Shown here: piece by piece, positions 11,803-23,817 of the stretch
Numbering within the stretch: position 1 is the first letter of the stretch
How the letters are laid out: each line of letters opens with the position of its first letter
Origin: Scyliorhinus canicula
Lineage: Eukaryota
Reading direction: 5' to 3'
Assembly: GCF_902713615.1 (NCBI RefSeq)
Contig: NC_052173.1
Span: 19,383,053-19,447,052 of the forward strand
DNA length: 64,000 bases
The notes under the pieces: model-generated
Told to the model about the DNA's origin: nothing
The model's input: only the letters and a program-made list of their open reading frames with translations
Database searches by the model: none
Made by a program: the position numbers and the translations under genes

Positions 11803-13120
11803 CTTTTTTTTTAATAATAATTTTATTGATATTTTTACAAAATATAAACATCTCAACTCTATTAACAAAACAACCGCGGTAACACCCCAAGAACAATACC
11901 CACCAACTTCAAAAGCAACTACAAACAAAAGAAAAAAAAACAAAAGAACACCCAAACAACAAGAGGGTAAGAGATAACACCCGCCACATCCCACAAACCC
12001 CTGCCAACAAAAGTAGAAGAAGTCCTCCTTCACCCCTTCTGCCAAATTAGCTCATTTCAATTTTGTTTCTGAGTCCAGCTGTGCACCACCCTTATTCCCA
12101 GGTATTGAAAACTCGACTTGACCAGCCGTAATGGCAACTTCTCCAAACCCCTGCCCTGCATCCAAGCATTAATCCTCTTACTAAGTAACACCGCAGACCC
12201 CCTTGCCTGCATATCTGACCCTGAATGAAACGCTTGCCCCACCCAACCTTTCCTCAACCTCACATGGCCTTTCATCCTCGGGTGCGTGTCCTGCAGAAAA
12301 ATCACGCCTGCCTTCAAGCTCTTCTCTCCTCCTCTCCTCCCCCCCCCCCCCCCCCCCCGATCAGCTATATCCAGGTTTCAATGGACTTCCCTGGGCCCCG
12401 TCTCGCTCACTACTCTGGTCTCCTCGAGGTGGCTGCTGCCACCCGCTCTCTAACCACCTCCTCCAAAACCTTCAACGTCACACCCCCGCCCCCCCCCCCC
12501 CCCACATCCCAACCCAAGCCCAAAGAAAGCAGAGACCACTCCCCATAACCCACCGCAGCACCTCTTCCCTCCCCCCCCCCCCCCCCCCCCCCGACTTCTT
12601 CCATTAACCAGCATACCTGCTAGCATGTGACCTCCCCCCCCCACTCGAGGCAAACGACACACTTCCATTATAACAAAGTCCCTTTATCCCCCCCCCCCCC
12701 CTTGTCCCACCTTGACACAGCCTCGCACCAAGCACCCTTGTGTGCCGTCCCATCGTGTGTGTGTGTCACCAGACCCCATACATTTTAATATTACCAACAC
12801 CCCCAACGCAGGGAAGAAAATGTTTCTAAATTCAACATAATTAACGATAGAATAGCTAATGCTAACAAAAACATACATAACAGCCACACATGAACGCATA
12901 CCATCCCTCACTCCCCACTGAATAAAATTTCCCCAGTCCAGGTCACAGGTGTACCCATCCAAAGTCTTCAAACTTCCCCCAGTCCATGGTCCCTTAAAAG
13001 GTTACTCACCTCCCTTGGTGTATCAAAGTAGTACGCCTTTCCCCATGCGTGATCCCCAGGCGAACAGGGTACATCATCCCGAGCCGCACTTTGTTCCTGA
13101 ATAGGGCCACCTTGGCCCTA
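11803..13120 (-). mobile_element. Internally deleted L1/Tx1 element (ORF1 end, inter-ORF region, EN N-terminus joined to RT tail and 3' UTR)
   Basis: 'KAGVIFLQDTH...RLRKGWVGQAFHSG' joined to 'FQYLGIRV'; L1-type AATAAA and A tail at ~11803-11825. Confidence 0.7.
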
Positions 13121-13329
13121 GTATTCAGTGGTTTGATGAGTGAGTTGGCAAAGATGGGCACGGATTTGTGAGATGACAACACATCTGTTCCAGCCTACAG
13201 TATTTAGCTCCTGCCTATTGACTATATCAGGAAATTGCTAGTTTCTCAACTTTACTTCACTACTGTCTCACTCCTGGTGAGATGGTTGAAAGAGTAAGGA
13301 GAGGGGACCAAGGTGAAATTTGATAATGG

Positions 13330-13745
13330 TCACAAGAACTCGAGAGGTAAGAGCAGGAGTGGACTGCATGGCCCATAACCCTTGATTCCCTGAGAGAGAG
13401 AAAATCTTGTTTATCTTGGTCTTAAATATATTCAACGATGTAACATCCACAACCCTCTGGGGCAGAGAGTGCCAAAGATTCACAGCCCTTTGAGTGAAGT
13501 AATTTCTCCTCAGTCCTAACTGATCGGCCCCTTATACTCATAATAGGACACCCCCCCACATCCCAGGGACCAATCAGTGAACATTTTTTGTACTGCCTCC
13601 AAAGCAAGTATATCTTTTCAATTTGGAGACCAAAACTGCAGACGGTACTCCAGTTGTGAACTACGTACAGCTCTAGGAAGACCTCTTTATTCCTGTACTC
13701 CAAAACCCCTTGCGATATAGGCCAATTTGCCTTCCCAATTGGTCA
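13330..13745 (-). mobile_element. CR1 LINE 3' fragment
   Basis: Minus-strand 'EYRNKEVFLELY' and 'NLWHSLPQRVV' CR1 ORF2 C-terminal motifs. Confidence 0.75.
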
Positions 13746-15064
13746 CACCACCATCACAACTGTTTGGGTGGAACGGATAGTGAGACATAAAGCCACACAG
13801 AAAGCTTCAGGAACATAGTGAATGGTAAGGGCCTTAAAAGAGTAGAGATGTTAATCTGCAGAAGTCCAAAGGAGGTGAGGAATAGTATCAGTGATTGGCA
13901 ATGGACAGTGTATCAGCAGAGGGATGAATGGAATTGGTCGCATTGAGAAGCTAATGAAAGTAACAAAGCCAAGAACTATGGAGTCCCATGGAACAGGATA
14001 AGAGCAGAACGCTAACTGGCATAGTGATAAATTCCTGGTAGAGTGGTAGAAAGCTGAAGATGGAGGAGCGCACCATGCGCTAGAAGCGTGGTGGTCCAGC
14101 AGATAACAGGAGTGTGTATGACTATATGCCAAATACAATCTACTTATTTTCAGCCTGTGGTCTTCATAAAGATATTTCACAGTGACTTCTGAATCCATGT
14201 TTTGACATTGGTTTTCAGTTTATAGTGGGGGGGGACTCTGGTGCAAAATCAATTTCCGCAGCATTTTTTCTTCTCTAAGCGTTGGACTTCTGTGTATGCA
14301 TAGGAGTTTACAGCATTTCTGTATATGCATAGGAGTTGAAAATCTAATCCTACCTGTTTAATGGCCAGCTCACTTCTTTGGATCTAAATTTGGTACGATA
14401 AGTTATTTATCCCCTATGCCCTTCAGTTGGGAATTAGTGTATGAACTGCTGTTCTTATAGCCCGAGTTACAACCTAAAGAGTTGTTGAGTAACTATAGCT
14501 GAATTAATAACTAGGCTGTTCTCGGGCTGTATTCTAACTTTCTACTGAAGGTGACATGCGAATGACCGAACCTGTTCCCTATTCTCCGAAGTTAATTGGA
14601 ATTTAAATTCTACTGTGGTGATGATATAATCAAGGCCGCCTGGGTTACCTTTTGTGGGTTTTTCTTTGAATTCAGGCTTCCTTCCTGTAAGGAGTTACCA
14701 AGGTAGACCCTCTCTTTGGAAGACACAATAATTAATATTGTACTTTATTTTTGTTCCTCATCTGGGATAAGAACTTTGGTGTTTCCCCAGGGAAAATCCC
14801 TCTGCGCTGTCGGAAAGGGCATATAGGTCACATCTAAACATTACATTGCCAGAAACATGTCTCAATTTGGTCTTACTGTTGCAATCTGTGGAGGATACTT
14901 CTGTTCAAATAATTAAATAAAATCCTGCAAATGAGGTAATCTTTTATCATTAAAAAAGGCCGAAAAAAGTACTTGTAGTGTTTGACATTTGTTGGTTGGT
15001 AAGTACACCTTTAAGTTCATTTGAATGACTAATTTTCTCTTTTTAATACTTCCGTCCTCTTTAG

Positions 15065-15207
15065 TATTTCCTGATACAAAGCCGTTTGTAAATACAGAGC
15101 CATTTGTGGAAAATGCTGAGAAGGGTGCATCTTTCTCTGGCCCATGGAGGGGCGGTAAAGGAAACCAGGTTTCAGTCACACTAGATGTCTCCGGAGCAGC
15201 TGCCAAG
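15065..15207 (+). CDS. KMT2D: KMT2D exon (VFPDTKP...VSVTLDVSGAAAK)
   Basis: ttag acceptor, AAG|gtagat donor, phase 1/0. VFPDTKP and GKG..VSV.L.VS.AAAK match KMT2D. Confidence 0.9.
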
Positions 15208-15789
15208 GTAGATATATAACTTCAAAGTATTTTCTTGTCTCTGTTTTGAGTTTGGATCATGGAAATGAGTGTCCATTTTAACTGTTTTAAACGGATGCTG
15301 GAAATTTAAAATAAAAACAAAGTGCTGGAAACATTTGCATCTGTTGAGAAAGATGAGGAGTTAACAATTTGAGTCAAATACAAAGACATATTTGACTCGA
15401 AGCATTGGCCGGGATCAAACATTCCCACCAATGTGAGCGGAGAATTCAATGGCTCACCAGCCCCGCCATGGGGAAGCCCACAGCGGGGTTGCTGGAAAAT
15501 TCCGGCTATTAACTCTGTTTCTGTCTCTACAGATGCTGTGAGACCTACTGAGTTCTTCCAGCAGTGTTTTTCTTCCATCCTAAATCTACTTGATTCAAAA
15601 TTGTTTAGTGTAAATAAAGACATTTTCTCCTATTTCCCAGCGTGTTCTGGTACCAAATGTAATCGAAATTTTGTACATATTTGGCAGTTAAAAATATATC
15701 TTTGGGATGTTAAAGATGAGATGGGTAAGCAGGAAAAACTTTTTGTCGGTATATTTTCAATAACTTGTACATTTCTACTGTACTTGCAG

Positions 15790-15931
15790 GATATAAACAG
15801 AATGATGACAACCTTTGCTCAGTTGCTTCAGATGAAGATCCCGGGTTCTTATGAGGTGACATCTGTTCCTGACAGTCCACGTTCTTTTATACCCGAAGGG
15901 AAAAAAAGCACATTGGACGTTCCTGATCAAG
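15790..15931 (+). CDS. KMT2D: KMT2D exon (DINRMMTTFAQLLQMKIPGSYEV...PDQ)
   Basis: tgcag acceptor, G|gtttgt donor, phase 0/1. 'LL.MKIP.SYEV' motif. Confidence 0.85.
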
Positions 15932-16749
15932 GTTTGTGTAATATACCTTTCCAGAAGAAAGTCATTAAGACCTGCCACTGGGAATCAATTTGCAAGCGGT
16001 TGGTTGATGTGCCCTTTTCAGAAAGGTGTTCCTTGCTCACTAACAAATAGAACTTTTGACTGCAACACTCAGCCTTTCAAGGTGAGATAGAAACTGAAAA
16101 TGCTAGAAGTACTCAGCGGTGAGGCACCATCTGTGGAGAGAGACACAGTTGACGTTTCAGGTCGATGGTCTTTTGTCAGCATTTTCTGTTTTTATTTTGG
16201 ATTTCGAGCATCCCCAGTATTTGGCTTTTGCTTCAGAATGAAATATTGCCCCTGGGCAACGTGAGATCTAATCTGTCCATAAATGAAAAATAATGGTCCA
16301 AGGACATCTTCAGTGTTATAAGAATTTATTTTCAAATAAGCTGATTTTAAAATAGTGAGAAACAGCTATTTGATTCACTAGGTTTGCTCCTTCCACAGGC
16401 AGCATATACATCCTTCCAATTGTGTTTGACCCCACTTAATTAATCCCTCCAAAGGAATTCTGCAGAATATCTCTCCAAACTTCTTCCATCCCATAAATTA
16501 ATTAAATAAATATCTATTTTGCCATACACCATACAAATAATTGTATAGAAATCACAACACTGAAACAGGTCATTCAGCCCAACCAGTCTTCGTCCTCCAC
16601 ATGAGCAGTAGCCTGAAACCAATATGCTTGCTCAATCCCTGTATCACTTTATTATCTAAAGAAACCTATTTTAACCTGATGTTGTAAGACATCTTACTGT
16701 GCCCACCCCAGACCAACGGCAGCATCTCCACATCATCGCTTTAATATGG

Positions 16750-17090
16750 AGTAGAATCTTTGCAGTGCACGAGGAGGTCATTCAGCCCACCAAGTCTGCA
16801 CTGACCCTCTGAAAGAACACGCTGCCTCGGTCCACTCCCCTACCCTATGCCCGTAACTCGGTAACCCCACCAAACCTTTTAAGGGACAATTTTATCATGG
16901 CCAATCCACCTAACCTGCACATCTTTGGACTGTGGGAGGAAACCGGAGCACCCGGAGGAAACTCATGCACACACGGGGAGAACGTGCAAACTGCACACAG
17001 ATAGTCATTCAAGGTCGGAATTGGACCCAGGTCCCTGGCACTGCTGCTGTGGCAGCAGTGCCAACTACTGTGCTACCTTGCCACCCAGGC
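16750..17090 (-). mobile_element. V-domain SINE (CR1-tail type); further partial copy at ~17485-17685 and an L1 fragment at ~17100-17270
   Basis: Reverse complement of the V core and HE1-like tail. Confidence 0.8.
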
Positions 17091-18353
17091 TGCCTACCAG
17101 GAAACGGGAGACTCGGGTGGCCGTTTGGTTTCTGTCCCAGAGAAGGTTAATGAGGTGTTTGAGGCCTTCTACCGTAGGTTGTATGAGTTAGAACCCCCGG
17201 AGGAGGGTTCATCGATGAAGTCATTTTTGGATGGGTTTACCTTCCCAGAGGTAAAGCAGGGGAGTAGGCAGGAGTTTATTTCCTTTTTGTTCAAACGCCC
17301 AAGTTGTGTCTTAGTGAAAGTAAAATTCTCATTCTATTTGTGCAGTGATCAGCCTGCCAATGTGCAGCCGGTTACTCTCACTGATATTTGTACAAATACT
17401 TATTTTTACAAAACATCATTGTCTGATCTGCTAACCCAAGAAAGCAAGTGCCCGAAATTATGGAGGAGCATACCTCTGTTTTCAGAGAATCCGTACAGTG
17501 CAGAAGGAGGCTGTTCCACCAATCGAGTCTGCACCAACCTTGTGAAAGAGCACCCCCACCTAGGCCTATGCCTCCACTGTATCCCAGTAACCTTTTGGAC
17601 ACGAAGGGGCAATTCTAGCATGGCCAATCCACCTAAGTTGCACATCTTTGAACTGTTAGAGGAAAATGGAGCACCCGGAGGAAATTTCTTTTTGGATGTG
17701 AACATAAGATGAATGAGGGAGAATATGTTTGCCCAGAACTATGATTGTAATTTTAATCTTTAAACCAAATTTTGCCATTTCACATGAGCTCCCTTCCTGC
17801 AGGTACCCTTTGGTGTATATATGGATCTTCCTTTCAGTCTTTCAGTTGCATGTCTAACAATACTTTATCTCAAGCTGGTCTTTGTGTCCCTACCTGCCTA
17901 TTAAAGGAACTGAAGTGCACTTTTGAAATATAGCTTTTATATATATATATATATATATATTAAATGAGATATGGAGCAAGATCACATGACTTGTCAGCAA
18001 CTTTCCTTCTAAGTTTCAGAACATGCAGTGCAACAGGTCGTGCACAATCAATATTCCCCTAAAGATGCATGTATGCCTGGTGATACAGCAATCTTTAAGG
18101 TGCTATATAGCATGTACACCAAAGAAAACTTAGATCCTCCTCTGTCCCTTTAATATGTACTGTAACTTCCCAGTGACTTTTCCCTAAATAGTTGTTTATT
18201 TATTCGTGTTTGTGGGGTCAAACTTAAAATTTTAGAAAATAAGAATGACGACTATACAGTTAAATTGCCAACTATTTTAACACTTTTTTCAAACCAGTTC
18301 AGGGTGTTAGTTGGTTATTATTAATGGCTCTAACTTCTTTCTGGGTTTCTTAG

Positions 18354-18487
18354 TGGGCTCCAAAGAAGAACCAATGGACCTGGAGAAACTGGTGCTGGAA
18401 AAACATAATTGGTTCAAACAGTATGATGTTACATTACCAGGCTCTACTCTTAAGGCACCAGGAAAGGAGCTGGCAACTGCCACCCCG
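18354..18487 (+). CDS. KMT2D: KMT2D exon (VGSKEEPMD...WFKQYDVTLPGSTLK...TP)
   Basis: ttag acceptor, CCG|gtatgt donor, phase 1/0. WFKQYDVTLPGSTLK resembles KMT2D WLKQFDAVLPGYTLK. Confidence 0.85.
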
Positions 18488-19347
18488 GTATGTGCATGAT
18501 TTCAGTCCGAGAGCTTCCTGTGGCTACTGGGGCACTTTGAAAAAGGGGAATTAAAGTCTGGTGATGTATCATGGGTATCCATGGTCTCCTTGAGTTGAAG
18601 AATTTCCCTGTTTACTTGAAATTAATCACTGTTCCTCTTAGTTTGCTTCGCCAAAAGTTGACATTACTGCTGATTAAGGAGGCTGGTACATAAATTACCC
18701 TGATCGAATGACCATTGATAGCCCTTTGGTCTTACTCACCCTTAATTCTTTATGTTAGCATGTTTGATAGATTGTCAACAGCTTAAATTGTGAATTTAAA
18801 GTAACAAATTTCCCCAAAGTTCTCCATTGAAGTTGAAAGAGGCTGAACAGCAAATCACCAGCGACAGGATGGGAGTCACGAGCAAACAATGAGTTTTAAA
18901 GACTGTAGGAGAGAGAATAGCAGCAAAGTCAGAAAGGTTTCAAGAGAGCACACAAGCCTTGGCTAAGATGACTTGGAGCTGTGCTGCAAAAGGTGGAGCA
19001 GGGGGAATCAGGCATGCAAAGAAGGGCAGGTTTGAAAGAATAGAGAGCTCCTGCTGAAAATGAGGGTGAAGGAGATTGTACAGATGGGGAAAGCAGTGTC
19101 GTGGAGGATGTTGTGGACGAGGCCAAGAAGTTTGAAAGCAGTGCTTTGAGGAATGGAGTTTGGCATGAACGAGGATGATTGGCAGTGAAACTTAGCCTGC
19201 AGTAGGCTGTGAGTGATGACGTTTTGGATGATGTGATTTGTAAAGGCTTTTGGCAGAGGAATCGATTGTTATTTTGACAAAGAATTATTGATGACTAATG
19301 GTTTTTTAAAACTCATTATAATGGCTGTTTTTACTTTTTCTTTTCAG

Positions 19348-20443
19348 GAAACTTCCTCAGACTGTCCATTGAAGGAAAGAATTGTAGTACATCATTATAG
19401 TAATAATATGTCTATCCTCGATGTTCACCAGCTTCCCATAATACAACCCGAGAGCTCTCCTCCCTCATCTCCAAGCGTATCATCACCTGGGACTCCAGCA
19501 GAGTCGAGTAAGCCTGAACCACCAGTTGAGTCACCAAAGATCAAGCATTCTCTCCCACTGGACGAAAAGCAGTTTGAGGAAGCACAGCCACAAATGAAGA
19601 GGTGGAGGGGAATCCGTTGGAAACGTTTGGAATTTAAAGTTATATTTCACAAGGGGAAGTTTAAGCATGTATCTCAGCATGAAATTGAAGAGCTGATTCA
19701 GAAACTGGGGACTTCATTAAAACCCGACCCTATGCCCAAGGACACTAGAAGGTGCTGTTTCTGTCACGAAGAAGGTGATGGAGTAACAGATGGACCTGCA
19801 AGACTCTTGAACCTTGACTTGGATTTGTGGGTCCACCTAAACTGTGCATTGTGGTCCTCTGAAGTGTACGAGACTCAGGCAGGGGCGCTGATAAATGTGG
19901 AAGTGGCTTTCCACCGAGGACTTACCACAAAGTGTGCTTTTTGTCAGAAGACTGGAGCCACTACTGGTTGCCATCGGGTCCGATGCCCAAACACCTATCA
20001 TTTTGCTTGTGCTATCCGTGCCCGTTGTATGTTTTTTAAGGACAAGACTATGCTTTGCAGTCAACACAAACTGAAAGGAGCGAATGAACAGGAAATTAGG
20101 TGTTTTGCTGTTTACCGCCGTGTCTACATTCAGAGAGATGAGGTGAAGCAGATTGCTAGCATTGTACAGCGTGGCAAGCGCAGTCACATGTTCAGGGTTG
20201 GCGGATTGATCTTCCACACCATTGGTCAGTTACTTCCCCATCAGATGCAGGAATTCCACAGTGTGACAGCTCTTTATCCGATTGGATATGAAGCAACACG
20301 TATTTATTGGAGCATGCGATACACTAACAAGCGTTGCTGCTATCACTGCACCATCAATGATACTAATGGGAAACCTGAGTTTGGCATCCAGGTTATTGAG
20401 CAAGGGCATGAGGATCTGATTGTTACTGATTGGACCCCACAAG
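19348..20443 (+). CDS. KMT2D: KMT2D large exon: Pro/Ser-rich linker, extended PHD (C2HC pre-PHD + PHD) and FYRN domain
   Basis: ttttcag acceptor, G|gtaaga donor, 1096 nt phase 0/1. Contains RRCCFCHEEGDG.TDGPARLLNLDLDLWVHLNCALWS and FRVGGLIFHTIGQLLPHQM...GYEATRIYWS. Confidence 0.97.
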
Positions 20444-21356
20444 GTAAGAACTGTCCACAATGGTCAGGATATTTATTTTTAAACTGAACAATACAATTAT
20501 AGATTTTCCAACAACTGAGAAGGTGATGACATTAATCTTTGATTTCCTCAACTACCTTTTCTTCATGGCTAAAATTGCCTTCATAAAGTTCCACCTCACT
20601 AGTTTCTGTGTGTATCTTGCCACGGCACTTTGAATGCAATATTTTGACTGCCACTCGTTAGTTTTTAGTGTGTCACCCTGTGTAGCTTTGGAGTCAGTTA
20701 ATGCTGTTGTTGATTATTTCTAAATGGATGACTAATTTGTAATTATCTATCCCTATATTTTTATATATGTGTGTGGTGTGTATATACATATATATATATA
20801 TATATATCCTTCATTGTATAGAATAAATGAGTTGCTTTTTAAAAGGATTAGTGCAGAATGAATAGTCCAAATGGCTGCCTCCTTTGCTATGATGTTTTAT
20901 AAGCCAATGTGCTGAGCTAATTATTGTCGTGTTAGGAAAAAGGTGTTCTTCCTGTTTAGTTCAATCTCCTTTCCATTTTATTTTGGACTACACCGCTAGT
21001 TCTGTTCCTCATGTTGGCAGTGTATACAGCCAGGAAAGTTAGTCAGAATTTATCAGCTGTACTTTTGTTTGTCTGAAATTCAAACCTTGTTTGCTGGCTA
21101 ATTACTATTTCAGCAAAATGTTTATGTATCATTCGCTCCTGTCAAATTACCGAAGCCTTCTTGAGATTTGACTTCTTATAGCCTTATTAGTCAAATGTAC
21201 CTTTGAGTACTTATCCCATTATTCAAATGATTTTGGGCAAATTCATCCCACAGCTAAAGCAGCAGACAGCAGTCCTGCACAATGTACTTTCACCGTCCTG
21301 AACAGGTTTGGGGAAATATTAGGCTTCTTGCCTTCATTTTTCCTTCAGCAAAACAT

Positions 21357-23650
21357 GCTGCTTCTTTGGCAGTCCCTCCGGGTCGAGGATTACTGGTTTC
21401 TACTCTGGGGTGATGGATTTGGTGGTGGCTCAATCGACCAATCCTGGACCTGCAGACTCTGCCACAGGTGGGGCAGGTGGTGATCGATGAGGTGGATGGG
21501 TGGGACACTCTGGATTCTGCGTGCTCTTTCCGCTGTTTATGCTTGGCCTCCACGTGCCCCACTCAGTGATGCTCAAGGTGGTTGGTGTCTTTGCAGATGC
21601 TTCTTCTCCAGTTTGTGCGTTCTAGAGCAAGCGATTCCCATGTGTCGGTGGGGATGTTACATTTATTTAGGGAGGCCCTTTCCTCTGCCCTCCATCGCTT
21701 GCCATTGCGAAGCTTGGAGTCGAGCATTTATTTTTGAAGTCTTGTGTTGGATATGTGTACGATGTGCCCTGCCCATCACAGCTGGTCAAATGTGACAATT
21801 GCCTTGATACTGAGGATATGGGCCTGGGAGAGGACGCTCACATTGGCATGCTAATCCTGCCAGCGGGTTTTTAGCATTTTTGTGGAGGCAACAGTGGTGA
21901 TTTCTCTCCAGGGACTTGAGGTGTCTGCTGGACATGTTTCTGATGCATAAGGAGGGCGGGGACCATGGCTGCTCTGTAGACCATGAGTTTGTTGCTGGAT
22001 TTGAGGTCTCAGACTTCGAATACTCTGTTCCTCAGGCCTCCAAAAGCTGTGCTAGCGCATTGGAGTCGATATTTCATCATCAATGTCTGCTTGCTCCGAG
22101 AGGAGGCTGCCAAGGTATGGGAAAGGATCCACGTAGTCTAGGGCACACGCAGGGGTCATCTGCATACTGCAGCTTGCTGGCAGAGGAAGGGATGGTCTTG
22201 GTTCTGGTTCTGAGGCGTTGGAGGTTGAACAGTTTCCCGCTTGTCCTGTAGGTTAGCTCCACTTCGGCGGGGAGTTCATGGTGATAGGGTAGAGTATTGC
22301 TGCGAGGAAGATGGAGAAGAACATTGGTGCAATGACTTTGCCCTGCTTGACCCCAGTTTGCACTTGTATTGGGTCTGGTGGATCCATTGGTGAGGATCAC
22401 AGCTTGCATGTCATCATGGAGCAAGTGGAGAACGGTGACGAAGTTCTGCAGGCAGCCTAATTTGAGGAGGATGTTCCACAACCCTCATGGCTGACCGAGT
22501 CAAAGGCCTTTGTGAAATTGAAGATGGCTGTTTAAAATGGTTGGTGCTGCTCCCTGCACTTTTCCTGGATTTGTCGCACGCTGAAGATCACGTCCATTGT
22601 ACCTCTTGTCAGACAGAGGCTGCACTGAGACTTGGAGGCGCTCTTCAGCCACTGGGAGGAGGCAGTTGAGGAGGATTCTCGCGATGACCTTTCCTGTGGC
22701 AGACAGTAGGGAAATCGCTCTAATTTCCCCTGTTGGACCTGTCTTCCTCCTTGAAGATGGTTACAATTACGACGTCGGAGATCTCCTGGCATGCTCCCTT
22801 CCGGACAAGAGTGATGAGTTTGCGTATTCGCGTCAAGAGTGCCTCTCCGGTGTATTTTGATACTTCGGCGGGAATTCCATCTGCACGGGAGGCCTAGTCT
22901 TTCAGCTGTCCGATGGCTTTTTCAACTTTACGGGCTGGGGCTATGCTGAGATGGTGGCGGATAGTGTGTTGCTGGATGACATTCAGGGTACATGCATCAA
23001 AGACTACATCTTGGTTGAGGAGGTCCTCGAAGCGTTCTCCAGCGGGCGCCAGCTGCCTCTCTGTCTTTGGCTATTATTGGGGTAGTTCCCTGGGTACTTG
23101 GACAGTAGATGTCTTTAGTTGAGGTGAAGAAGCCGTGCACATCATGGTTGTCGGCAAGTTGCTGAGTCTCCTGCGCTGTTTCCACCCACAGTCTGTTTTT
23201 TAGGTCACAGGTTTTTGTTGTACCTCGGCCTTTAGTTGCCTGTAAGCTTGTTTCCTCTCGCGCAAGTTTTGGTGGGGCTGCCAGTTCAGGAATGCCTTGC
23301 GTTTGCACTCTAGAAGATTCTGGATCTCCTCATTCTCGTTGGATCAATCTTGGTGCGTCTCCTCTCAGGTGCTGACTATTGTGGCGTTTAGGGTGGACCA
23401 GGCACTGTGAGCACTCTGCGGCTCTGGCTTGTTAGTTGTTGCCAAGTTGGCAATGAGGCGCCAGCTGAGTAGATCTTCTCTGGGGGTCTTTTGAACCAGC
23501 AACATTGGGACTCCTGCGTCAGAGTTTTTTTCTGCCTCTGCTGATTTGGGACCAGGTTGATGGAGTTGGTAGGGCGGATTAGTCGGAGGTTAGTCCAGCA
23601 GTCCGCTCCTGTCGTGGTGTGGGTGATGCGGACATCTTTGCGGTCCCTCG
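21357..23650 (-). mobile_element. Degenerate RTE-clade LINE
   Basis: 'WNILLKLGC...LHDDMQAVILTNGS', 'LQYADD', 'IFSVRQIQEKCREQHQP' and C-terminal 'CPTCGRVCRSRIG'; many frameshifts. Confidence 0.85.
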
Positions 23651-23817
23651 CTCGGACCTGGGGTCGATCTTGGCCCCGGGTCACTGTCTGTGTGGAGTTT
23701 GCACATTCTCCCCGTGTCTGCATGGGTTTCATCCCCACAACCCAAAGATGTGCAGGGTAGGTAGATTGGTCACGCTAAATTGGAAATAAAGAATTGGGTA
23801 CTCTAAATTAATTTTTA

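Noticed and set aside
15433-16050. 205-aa ORF as an independent gene
   Set aside because: Only 15790-15931 is KMT2D exon; the rest is open intron or repeat sequence by chance.
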